From: Candidatus Krumholzibacteriota bacterium
GTDB lineage: Bacteria; Krumholzibacteriota; Krumholzibacteriia; JAJRXK01
DNA length: 64,000 nucleotides
NCBI GenBank assembly: GCA_963806035.1
Contig: CAWDWO010000030.1
Span: forward strand, 1 to 64,000
Direction of reading: 5' to 3'
Position numbers and translations under genes: made by a program. Under the pieces are notes generated by a model, which saw only the letters and a program-made list of their open reading frames with translations, ran no database searches and was not told the origin of the DNA. Positions 1 to 8,334 of this stretch are shown here, in pieces; positions within the stretch are counted from its first letter, which is position 1, and every line of letters starts with the position of its first letter.

Positions 1-81
1 CGAGTGGTCTCGGGCGTGTACTTCTACCAGCTACGTGCCGGCTCCCTCGTCGAGCGCAAGAAGATGGTGCTGGTGCAATAG
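1..81 (+). CDS. 3' end of a secreted protein with FlgD-Ig/T9SS-like C-terminal domain (partial)
   Basis: Frame 1 reads RVVSGVYFYQLRAGSLVERKKMVLVQ-stop. It matches the SGVYFY...KMxLx end of this domain type, also seen at the end of 8335-11076. Confidence 0.8.
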   Translation, partial: RVVSGVYFYQLRAGSLVERKKMVLVQ

Positions 82-248
82 CGCTGGACCGCGCTGGTCG
101 AGGAGTTGACGAAGCGCAGCGGCAAAGGGCGCAAGGGCTTAGGCCGCATCGCGGCGGGGGGCTTGGCTTTGCGCCCCCAGAAACCGTACACTCAAAAAGG
201 CCCCTGTTCGCTTCTCCGCCTCTCCTTGAGACTACTGGAGGTACCCTC

Positions 249-1793
249 ATGCGGTCCTCTCTCAAATCCATTTCGCTTCTCTCGCTTCTTCTGGTCATTG
301 TCTTTGCGGGTTGTTCCGACTCGACGGCGCCGAAGCTCGCCGAGCCGGTCGACGGCGGGGCCCAGTTCGATGGCTCCTTCGACTCCGCTGGCGGATCGTT
401 CGTAATGCAGAGGATCGAGGAGCCCCTTCCCGACCATCGCCTGCTTCAGATCGAACTCGTCGGTAGCAATGTCCAGGTCGATCCCCAACGTGAAACAGTC
501 TCGTTGGATGTCGCCATCAGGAACCTCGGGCCGGATGCTCTCTACGCTCCGGCGACCATCTGGTTGGCCCGCTTCGTGCCTCCCGGTGTGGTGCCCTTGA
601 ACGCGGACTTCTCGCAGCAACCCGTCGACTCGATCTTGACCGCCCCCTCGCTGGCAAGGTACGGCTACGATTACTCGGAGCTTCTGGGTGGGGACGGCAT
701 GCTCGCGCCGAACGAACTCAGTCAGGCGAAGAGCTGGGAATTCCTGGACCCCCAGTTGCAGTCGTTTTCGTTCAGCGCACGCGCGGAATTCGGACTGGAA
801 CCCGGACATCCCGTCATCGCGGGCGTGGTCTTCAGCGACGACAATCGCAATGGGATTCACGATGAGGGAGAGGGCCCCTATTCTGCCGGCGGTGTAGTCA
901 TCGAGACGCCCAGCGGAGATCAGCTCTCGGCACCGTTGCAAGCTGGCGGAAGCTACCGTGTTCCGGTGACGGAAGCCGGGCTCTATAAGGCACGCTTCGT
1001 CAGCATGCTCGCGTGCTTTGCCTGTTGGTGTGAGACGACCGAGAATCCGCTGAACGTGTTCATCTCGCCGGGACCCAACGGGCAACTGAGTAGTTTCGAA
1101 CACGCCGACTTCGGCATCTACCCCGGACCGTGCTCGGATCCACTGCCACAAGCCTACCCCACCGTGCTCACGGACCAATCACCGGATGCCATCGATCAGG
1201 ATTCCTATCAAGCGATCTCGGCCCAAATCGTGGGGAACACCTTTACCCTTCGCGTGGGCTACAGCGGCTGCTCGGCCGATCATCCCTTCACTCTGCAGGT
1301 GGGTCGAACTTTCGCGAAATCGGATCCCCCGCAGACCTGGATGTTGCTCCAGCACGATGACCGCGGCGAAGCATGTCGGGCCTACTTCCAGCGGACGCTC
1401 AGCTTCGATCTCCTTCCCATCCAATTCGCGTTGATCGAGGACTTCGGTGCGCCGAGCAAGGTGCAACTCAGGTTCCGCGACTTCACGGGCGCCGAAACGG
1501 GGTTCACGTACGACCCGGTGGTTCTTTCGCTGCAAGGAACCGTGACGGCGATCGATGATCAAGTGCCGGTGGACGGTGGGGTGGTGATCGACCTGAAGCT
1601 CGACAGTGGCGAGACCGCGCAGCTTCACTTTGGTTCGCTCTTCACCTACCCGCCTTCGCCATCCTGGAGGACGGAGCTGTACCAGGTGATTGCAGGACTG
1701 GAAGTGGGCAACCACGTGACGGCCAAGGGGCTGTTGGCCAAGGAGGGGATTCAGCTCGTGGGTCTCACGATCGACGACAGCCAACTCAAGTAG
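249..1793 (+). CDS. Secreted lipoprotein of unknown function with a probable SdrD-B-like Ig domain
   Basis: GGAGG RBS; lipobox VFAGC; IAGVVFSDDNRNGIHDEGE resembles SdrD-B repeats; Cys-rich segment. Confidence 0.65.
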   Translation: MRSSLKSISLLSLLLVIVFAGCSDSTAPKLAEPVDGGAQFDGSFDSAGGSFVMQRIEEPLPDHRLLQIELVGSNVQVDPQRETVSLDVAIRNLGPDALYAPATIWLARFVPPGVVPLNADFSQQPVDSILTAPSLARYGYDYSELLGGDGMLAPNELSQAKSWEFLDPQLQSFSFSARAEFGLEPGHPVIAGVVFSDDNRNGIHDEGEGPYSAGGVVIETPSGDQLSAPLQAGGSYRVPVTEAGLYKARFVSMLACFACWCETTENPLNVFISPGPNGQLSSFEHADFGIYPGPCSDPLPQAYPTVLTDQSPDAIDQDSYQAISAQIVGNTFTLRVGYSGCSADHPFTLQVGRTFAKSDPPQTWMLLQHDDRGEACRAYFQRTLSFDLLPIQFALIEDFGAPSKVQLRFRDFTGAETGFTYDPVVLSLQGTVTAIDDQVPVDGGVVIDLKLDSGETAQLHFGSLFTYPPSPSWRTELYQVIAGLEVGNHVTAKGLLAKEGIQLVGLTIDDSQLK

Positions 1794-2077
1794 CCTGCGC
1801 TTCCTCGGTCAACCGGGAACGCCAGAATTTCGGGCTCTTCATAGGGATGAAGGGCCCGAAGTTTTTGCTCGAGTTCGTCGTAGCGTTCCTCGGCGGTCTT
1901 GATGCTGCAGCGCCATTCCGTGGCGTTTTCCACCTTGCCCTGCCACCAGTAGAGGCTCTGGATGGGCCCCTCGACCTGAACGCAGGCGGCCAGGCGGCAC
2001 TCCACGAGCTGGCGGGCAATCTTCATCGCGTGGTCTTCGTCGTCGACCGTCGTAACGACCTGCAAGAAACCGCTCAT
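1751..2077 (-). CDS. cutA: Divalent-cation tolerance protein CutA
   Basis: IARQLVECRLAACVQ, SLYWWQGKVE and HPYEEPEI motifs; 108 aa. Confidence 0.95.
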   Translation of the reverse strand: MSGFLQVVTTVDDEDHAMKIARQLVECRLAACVQVEGPIQSLYWWQGKVENATEWRCSIKTAEERYDELEQKLRALHPYEEPEILAFPVDRGSAGYLSWLSSIVRPTS

Positions 2078-2195
2078 GGCATCACCTTTCGTGCGATTCA
2101 GCGCAAGAGTAGTTGATGTGATGAACTTCAGCTACTATGAGGAACCGTCAGGGACCGGTCACGATTCGGAGAGCTGACAAAGGACTCCCTTTCCC

Positions 2196-4535
2196 ATGAA
2201 CGACGAATTCCGAAGGCTCGTCCGCCGTCTGCCCTTCACGACAGTTCTCATCCTCGCTCTACTCACGATCTCTTCCATTGCCGGTGTGCTGAGCCATCCT
2301 ATCAGCTCGGACCAGCTCAGACACTGGGGCTTTGGGTGGGAGGATCTACTGGCCGGGCGCATGTGGCATTTGCTGAGCGCGCCCTTTCTGGTCTTGCGCC
2401 CCTACATGGCGCTCAGCATCACCGCAATTCTCTTCTTCTTCGTGGGAAGCTGTGAACTGCTGCTGCGGACCAAGCGGACCGTCGCGGTGTTCGTCGTCTC
2501 CCATCTTCTGGGATATCTCGGCACCTTCGCGCTACTGCGTGCCTTGGGGCGATGGGGCTGGAAGGCAGCTGAAGCCCTGACCGTCCAGGGAGACGTCGGT
2601 GCTTCCAACGGCGCGTTTGGAGCGATCGGAGCCCTGCTCGTCTTCTTGCCCTCGTCCATTCGCGCCATGGGTTTCCTGTTGCTGGGAGCTTATCTGATCG
2701 GCGCGGTCATCGTGGGTGGGCAGGTTTGGGATGTTCAACACATCCTGGCTTTTTTGACAGGAATTGCTTTGGGCGCGCTGTTCCTCAAGCGCGACTCGAA
2801 AAAGCAGGAGGGTCGGAGAGTTACGACGGTGGTTCTCCACCGGCAGCGGCCGCGACTGATGTCCTGGTTCGTGGGGGGAATGGGAGTGGTGAACGTCATG
2901 TCCGCGGCACTGCTTCCCAATCACCCGGGTTTCGAGCGGCTGGAAGGAACCCTCCCTTTGGGTTTGCCCCATGGCCCCCGCATGGTGCTTCTGTTCGGGG
3001 GACTCTTGCAACTCTTGGTGGCAGGATCGCTGCAGCGCGCGCAGCGAGTTGCCTGGTGGCTCGCATTCGTGTTGCTCTTCTTGACGACGATCTTGCAACT
3101 CATTCTGGGTGTGACGAAGCTGGAGGCTCTCTTCGCGTTTCTCTTCCTGATCCTGCTCGCGGCGTGGAAGGAAGACTTTCCGGCCGCGATCGATCCGCCC
3201 TCCGTGAAAGCCGCGCGCACCCGAAGTCTGGGCGTCTTGCTGGGAGTGCCTCTGGTTTCGTGGGTGAGTTTGCTGGCACTCCGTGGCCTCTACAGCGATT
3301 TCCATGGTCCCTTGGCGGCCTTGCAGGATGTGTTGCGAAGGCTCGTTTACCTGACGCCGAAACTCGTTCCGCTGGGAAAGCGCGGTGACTGGTTACTGGA
3401 GGCAATTCCGCTCGTGTTTTGGTCAGGAGTTCTCCTCGTACTGGCGCAAACTCTGCGCGCGGTGAGGGCTCCAAGGGCCAATCCGAGCGAGCGGAGCCGC
3501 GCGAGGAAGCTCTCGCTCGCGCATGGCCGAACCGGGACGGATTTCATGACGACCTGGCCCGGCAACTCCTATTTCTTCGGGCCCGGCAATCATTCCTACA
3601 TCGCCTACCGGCTTCATTCGGGAATCGCTTTGGCACTGGGCGACCCGGTCGGTCCCGCCAGCGCCCGGGGAGAGACCCTGAGCGCTTTCATGGATTATTG
3701 CCGGGAGCGGGGCTGGTCGCCGGCCGTGATCGCGGCGAGTTCGGCGGCGAGCCAGATCTATCAGGAGCGCGGTTTTTTGACCCTGCCAATCGGTGAAGAG
3801 GCTGTCATCGAGCTGGGATCCCTCGAGTTCAAGGGCAAAGAGTGGCAGAACATGCGCACCGCCCTGAATCGGGCCCGGAAGACGGGGCTCGCATTTCAAC
3901 TTGTCGAGGGCGGTCACGTGCCTCCCGAGATCGAGTTACAAATGAGACGCATCGAGGAGGACTGGGCAAAGGACCAGGGCTTACCACCCATGGAGTTCAC
4001 CCTGGGCAAAATCGATGACATTCACGACCCCGAGGTCGAAGTCGCCGTCGCCATCGATGCGGAGGGTAAGGTCCATGGCTTCGTGGACTGGCTTCCCGTG
4101 CCGGAGAGGCACGGGTGGGTGCTCGACCTCATGAAGCGCCGTCGTGACGCGATGAATGGGACGATGGAGTACCTGCTGGGCATGTCGCTCATGAGCTTTC
4201 AACAACGTGGAGATCGTCTCGCCAGTCTGGGGACGGCGCCACTGGCCGAACTGAACCGAAACGACGATCAGTCCTTGGTGCCCAGTTTACTCAGGTTACT
4301 TTTCGACAGGTTCAGAACTCTCTACGATTTTCAGTCCCTCTTTGCATTCAAGAGTCGCTTTAGTCCGCAATGGGAACCGGTGTACCTCGCATACCTCGAT
4401 CCGGTCGAGTTGCCCACCATTACCCTGGCCGTACTCCGCGCCCATCTTCCCCAGCTGGGGTGGACACAGGCCGCCAAGTTGTTGGGGAGTACGCTGGTGG
4501 AGAGGCTTCAGGGTGAATCGGAAGAAGGCTTGTGA
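2196..4535 (+). CDS. MprF/LysX-like aminoacyl-phosphatidylglycerol synthase (DUF2156) with N-terminal rhomboid-like membrane domain
   Basis: Polytopic N-terminal half. C-terminal ALGDPVG, IGEEAVI, LDLMKRR, ASLGTAPLA and SLFAFKSRFSPQWEPVY motifs. Confidence 0.8.
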   Translation: MNDEFRRLVRRLPFTTVLILALLTISSIAGVLSHPISSDQLRHWGFGWEDLLAGRMWHLLSAPFLVLRPYMALSITAILFFFVGSCELLLRTKRTVAVFVVSHLLGYLGTFALLRALGRWGWKAAEALTVQGDVGASNGAFGAIGALLVFLPSSIRAMGFLLLGAYLIGAVIVGGQVWDVQHILAFLTGIALGALFLKRDSKKQEGRRVTTVVLHRQRPRLMSWFVGGMGVVNVMSAALLPNHPGFERLEGTLPLGLPHGPRMVLLFGGLLQLLVAGSLQRAQRVAWWLAFVLLFLTTILQLILGVTKLEALFAFLFLILLAAWKEDFPAAIDPPSVKAARTRSLGVLLGVPLVSWVSLLALRGLYSDFHGPLAALQDVLRRLVYLTPKLVPLGKRGDWLLEAIPLVFWSGVLLVLAQTLRAVRAPRANPSERSRARKLSLAHGRTGTDFMTTWPGNSYFFGPGNHSYIAYRLHSGIALALGDPVGPASARGETLSAFMDYCRERGWSPAVIAASSAASQIYQERGFLTLPIGEEAVIELGSLEFKGKEWQNMRTALNRARKTGLAFQLVEGGHVPPEIELQMRRIEEDWAKDQGLPPMEFTLGKIDDIHDPEVEVAVAIDAEGKVHGFVDWLPVPERHGWVLDLMKRRRDAMNGTMEYLLGMSLMSFQQRGDRLASLGTAPLAELNRNDDQSLVPSLLRLLFDRFRTLYDFQSLFAFKSRFSPQWEPVYLAYLDPVELPTITLAVLRAHLPQLGWTQAAKLLGSTLVERLQGESEEGL

Positions 4536-5254
4536 GCGTGCACCCGAGCGAGCATCTCGTCGGACACCTTGCCCTGGTGGCAGATGCCGCAGAACTCGCG
4601 GCCGGGAATCACCAGGCCGGCCGCCTTGGCCTTCTGAGGGTCCTTCATGACCGAGATCGCCTTGTACTCGCTGCCCGCTCCGTGACAACTCTCGCAGTCG
4701 AGCGGAGGAGTTCGCCCAGCGTGGGCAGTGGCTGACCAGGAGGTGTACTGCAGCTTGTGGCACATCTTGCACTTGCTTGCGCCGATGCGGCTGAGACCCT
4801 CTTTGGTGGCCGTGACCTCGACCACTCCGCCGGGATCCTCGATGCTGCTTGCCGGCGGCTCTTCGCTCTCTGCCGGGGGTGGAGGCGGAGGCGGTGGGGG
4901 GGTCATCTCAGGCTGCGTCTGGGTATTCTTGGGTGTCAGGACCTCGGCCGGAGTCTGGGGCGTCTTTTCAGGGGCCGGGGTCGGCTCGGGGACGGGCGAG
5001 GTGGAAGGGGCGGTCTCTTCGCTCGAGGGCTCGGTTTGCGCAATCTGTGAAGTTTCCTCGCTGGATTGCGAGGTACTCTCTGGTGCGGCGCTTTCCGCGG
5101 CGGAGGCGGGTTGCTCCTGGACCTGGGCCTGCGAGGGCGGGTTGGACTCTTGCGACTTTTCGCCCTTTCCGCAGCCGGTGAGCACCAGTCCCAGCGCCAA
5201 ACCCAGCGCCAATCCCAGCTTTAGAAACAGTCCAGACGAGAACTTCGTAGCCAT
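4508..5254 (-). CDS. Triheme c-type cytochrome lipoprotein with long Pro/Glu/Ser-rich linker
   Basis: Start re-called at MATKFSS; lipobox LTGC; CKMCH, CESCH and CGICH motifs. Confidence 0.85.
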   Translation of the reverse strand: MATKFSSGLFLKLGLALGLALGLVLTGCGKGEKSQESNPPSQAQVQEQPASAAESAAPESTSQSSEETSQIAQTEPSSEETAPSTSPVPEPTPAPEKTPQTPAEVLTPKNTQTQPEMTPPPPPPPPPAESEEPPASSIEDPGGVVEVTATKEGLSRIGASKCKMCHKLQYTSWSATAHAGRTPPLDCESCHGAGSEYKAISVMKDPQKAKAAGLVIPGREFCGICHQGKVSDEMLARVHAHKPSSDSP

Positions 5255-5372
5255 GGGAAGATCGTAGGAGGAAGTTGGCCACGGTGCAACCAGGAACTGA
5301 TGGTCGCAGCATAGGGTCCAAATTCGCATGGATACCGGGTCGTTGCCCGAATGCGCAGAAAGTGAGTCGAGA

Positions 5373-6110
5373 ATGAGAGCCTTCGTCCTGTCCCTCCTGA
5401 TGCTCGGTTGCCTGTCTCCAAATGGTTTCGCAGGGGAACAGAAGTCAGGGCTACGGGGCGACCCGGCCGCCATCGCTCAGGCGGAAGCCATGGTGGAGAC
5501 GATGGGTGGAATGGAATTATGGGCGCGGATGAAGAGCCTTCACTTCGTACACCGCTGGTACCCTGTCACTCCGGCGGAGTCCTATGTCGAAGAGGAAATC
5601 CTCGACCTGACCGGTAGCCGCTCCTACGTGGAACGAAAAAACGAGGTCTACCATCGTTTGCGTGTTTACAGTCCGGAGTGGAAACGTTGGTCCGTGACCA
5701 ACGGCGAGTTTTCCTTCGACAAAGACGAAATCTTCCAGAGCGCCATGAAACGGGCACCCTTCAACTTCTATCGCCTGGTGCATGCCGTTGCCGTCGGAGA
5801 TCCCTTCTACGAAGTGCGCTTCGGAGCGGGAGACATCCCTCAGACACAACAGCTCGAATTCTATGGTCCCGACGGTGTGAAACGCGGTTGGGTCATTCTG
5901 AACGCCCGCAACGAGCCCCGAGTCAAGGCGACGACCGATTATCGCTACACCTTCGGCCCAATGAAGCGCTTCGGGAACCTTCGCGTGCCGGCCTGGGGGG
6001 TGTACGACAATGGCTACACTCTGTACGAGATGATCTCCCTGACGGCCAGTGACGAAGCTCCCGATTCCTCGCTCTTCATTCCTCCTTCCGAGTTCAGGGC
6101 AAGAGGATGA
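5373..6110 (+). CDS. Secreted hypothetical protein
   Basis: Signal peptide MRAFVLSLLMLGCLSPNGFA; natural-looking composition; no family recognised. Confidence 0.65.
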   Translation: MRAFVLSLLMLGCLSPNGFAGEQKSGLRGDPAAIAQAEAMVETMGGMELWARMKSLHFVHRWYPVTPAESYVEEEILDLTGSRSYVERKNEVYHRLRVYSPEWKRWSVTNGEFSFDKDEIFQSAMKRAPFNFYRLVHAVAVGDPFYEVRFGAGDIPQTQQLEFYGPDGVKRGWVILNARNEPRVKATTDYRYTFGPMKRFGNLRVPAWGVYDNGYTLYEMISLTASDEAPDSSLFIPPSEFRARG

Positions 6111-6135
6111 ACTTCTGGAGCTGAGTCTGCGCGCT

Positions 6136-8175
6136 TTATTTCACTACCACACTACCGGTGATGCTGAAGTAGGGATCAGGGCGGGCGGCGACGGCGTCGT
6201 CGCCAAAAACCCATTTCGTCTCGGGAGGAATGCCGGAAATATCCAGGCTTCCGATCGGTAAACTGAACACAGGTAGGGCGCCCACGATCTGCGACAGAAG
6301 CTCGGGTAGAGCACACTGCAGGAATCCCGCATACTGCGAAGCCAGCGCTTCGAGATCAATGCCTTCGGGAGCGGAGACGATCTGCACCTCGATCCGCGGA
6401 TTCTCCTCGGGCGTGAGCACGAGTTTGCCGGAATCGGTGTCAAAGCTCACGCTCGCACCGACGATGCCCGAAGCATACAGGGTTACGTTCGAGCTCGCGG
6501 GAATACTCTTCGAGGAGGAAGCCGGCAAGGGATCCGTGGCCACGAGATAGACATCACCGAGCCCGATGTCGAGCTGGTGTCCATTCGTGCCCGGCATGAC
6601 GACCGGGGGCAGTTTCGCGGACATACTGACCGATGCTCCGTTCGGCGCATCGCACCCGGCCGCCGAAATTTGGTCGAGCTCGAGAGCACCCCCGCTCCAT
6701 GCGGCCCACAGGAACTGGTTGATGAAGTCGTCCTTGAGTCCCACTCCGAGAGCGTAGTCGGTGGCACTGAAGCTTGGGGGAGAACCGTCACGACGAATCG
6801 ACCCGTAGCCGTTCCCCATGACGGGATGGGCCGGCGTGACCGCAACGGAAAGATCCGCCAGGAGATATCCGTCGGGGATGACTCCTCCGAACTGAATCTG
6901 ATCAAAGGTGGAGCCAAGATTCAGAACCGTATTCATCGGGGCCGGGAGGGTGACAGTTGCCTCTGGTCTGAGTGAATCTATGATCTGCTGCAGAGTAGGC
7001 GGGAGCACATTGCGCACTGCCGACTCGGCTATGTTCTGCAGCTGAGACTTGAAGATCGTGACGATCGTAGTGGCGAGATCAGAAAGATGAATAAATGGAT
7101 CCAGAAATTCCAGAGCGCCGAAGTCGATGTCTAGGTAAGGATTGAAGGTATCGACGGACACACAGCTGCTACAGATGTCGACTTGCGGAAGGCCGTTGCT
7201 CCCCACCCTTACACTGAAGGTGGCGGTGATATCCAAGCGGTCCATCCCGACCGTCCCCGAGACAGACGCAATCGTCTGGCTGCGGGTGGTGCAGTCTACG
7301 GTACAGCCCGGGTCGAGATAGCCGGTCACCGTGACCGGAACAACAGGATGCTCGAGTGAGGCGCTGATTTTCAACCCGGCATCCGAAAGCTGAGCGTAGT
7401 TGACCGACCATCCCCCGATGGAGAGCGTTCCACGAGTTACGCGGTAGCCTGTCTTATAGACGGTGATGTCAGGAATAGGAGAGAAACAGTTGCAAGTGTG
7501 GCGGTCGACTTGCCCGTCACCATTGGCATCCGGCTGGACCCGCAGAGTCTGGGGCAGCTGGGCATTCAGATCGATCGAGTTCAACTTGACCTGAAACAGA
7601 GTGGCCATGTCATCTGGATCCCTGCGATCGTTGTCGTCGACGAGCGCTTGGTTCAGATTCATACGGATAGCGGTGGGAACGCCTTCGCTGGCCGCTTTGC
7701 CGCCTGTCGCATTTGCACCTTTGGCCGAGCTTCCGAAGTACTGCGGACTGCGAAGGTAGGATTGCACCAGATTGGTCGTGGCTCCCACCTGATTCTGCGC
7801 AAGAGCCGTGATGAGGTTGAGCCCCCACTGACTGGTCAATTCGCTGCTGAAGTCCAGACACGGCGCCGAACCGCTCAGGGATACCGCCTGCCCGTCGACG
7901 CTGAGACTGGTGACCACACTCGCCGTATCGCAAGCAGTGCCATTGGCGGTGATCTGCATGGGATCAAAAGTCCCCTGTTGCAGGACCCCTCCCCGGGGCG
8001 GATTCGCGATCTCGAGCGTCGAAGTGGAGGGAGGTGGAGGCGATGGTGGGGAAGTCGGACTGCTACTGTTCGAACAGCTTCCCACTGTGAGGAGAAAAGC
8101 GGTGAGAGCGAGTTGCAGGAGTCGACGGGGGAAGGACGGCTTCGGCATTCGCGCGGGAGCGAATGGATGTTTCAT
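6136..8175 (-). CDS. Large secreted lipoprotein, possible LBP/BPI (TULIP)-like fold
   Basis: Lipobox-like VGSC, Pro/Ser linker, Ig-like segment, then GLKDDFINQFLWAAWSGG. Start could be 8148. Confidence 0.6.
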   Translation of the reverse strand: MKHPFAPARMPKPSFPRRLLQLALTAFLLTVGSCSNSSSPTSPPSPPPPSTSTLEIANPPRGGVLQQGTFDPMQITANGTACDTASVVTSLSVDGQAVSLSGSAPCLDFSSELTSQWGLNLITALAQNQVGATTNLVQSYLRSPQYFGSSAKGANATGGKAASEGVPTAIRMNLNQALVDDNDRRDPDDMATLFQVKLNSIDLNAQLPQTLRVQPDANGDGQVDRHTCNCFSPIPDITVYKTGYRVTRGTLSIGGWSVNYAQLSDAGLKISASLEHPVVPVTVTGYLDPGCTVDCTTRSQTIASVSGTVGMDRLDITATFSVRVGSNGLPQVDICSSCVSVDTFNPYLDIDFGALEFLDPFIHLSDLATTIVTIFKSQLQNIAESAVRNVLPPTLQQIIDSLRPEATVTLPAPMNTVLNLGSTFDQIQFGGVIPDGYLLADLSVAVTPAHPVMGNGYGSIRRDGSPPSFSATDYALGVGLKDDFINQFLWAAWSGGALELDQISAAGCDAPNGASVSMSAKLPPVVMPGTNGHQLDIGLGDVYLVATDPLPASSSKSIPASSNVTLYASGIVGASVSFDTDSGKLVLTPEENPRIEVQIVSAPEGIDLEALASQYAGFLQCALPELLSQIVGALPVFSLPIGSLDISGIPPETKWVFGDDAVAARPDPYFSITGSVVVK

Positions 8176-8334
8176 TCAACGAGTTTACTCCTCGTATTTC
8201 TCGAAGGTCAATCGAGTTGGCAAAATTGAAAGAGAGTAATCGACTGAGAACTCGCATTCGAACGAGTGAGGAGTTCAGCCCCAAAGAGTCGGATGAAATG
8301 ACTCCAGCTTTCGTCGCAGTGCTCCCGTTCGGTT

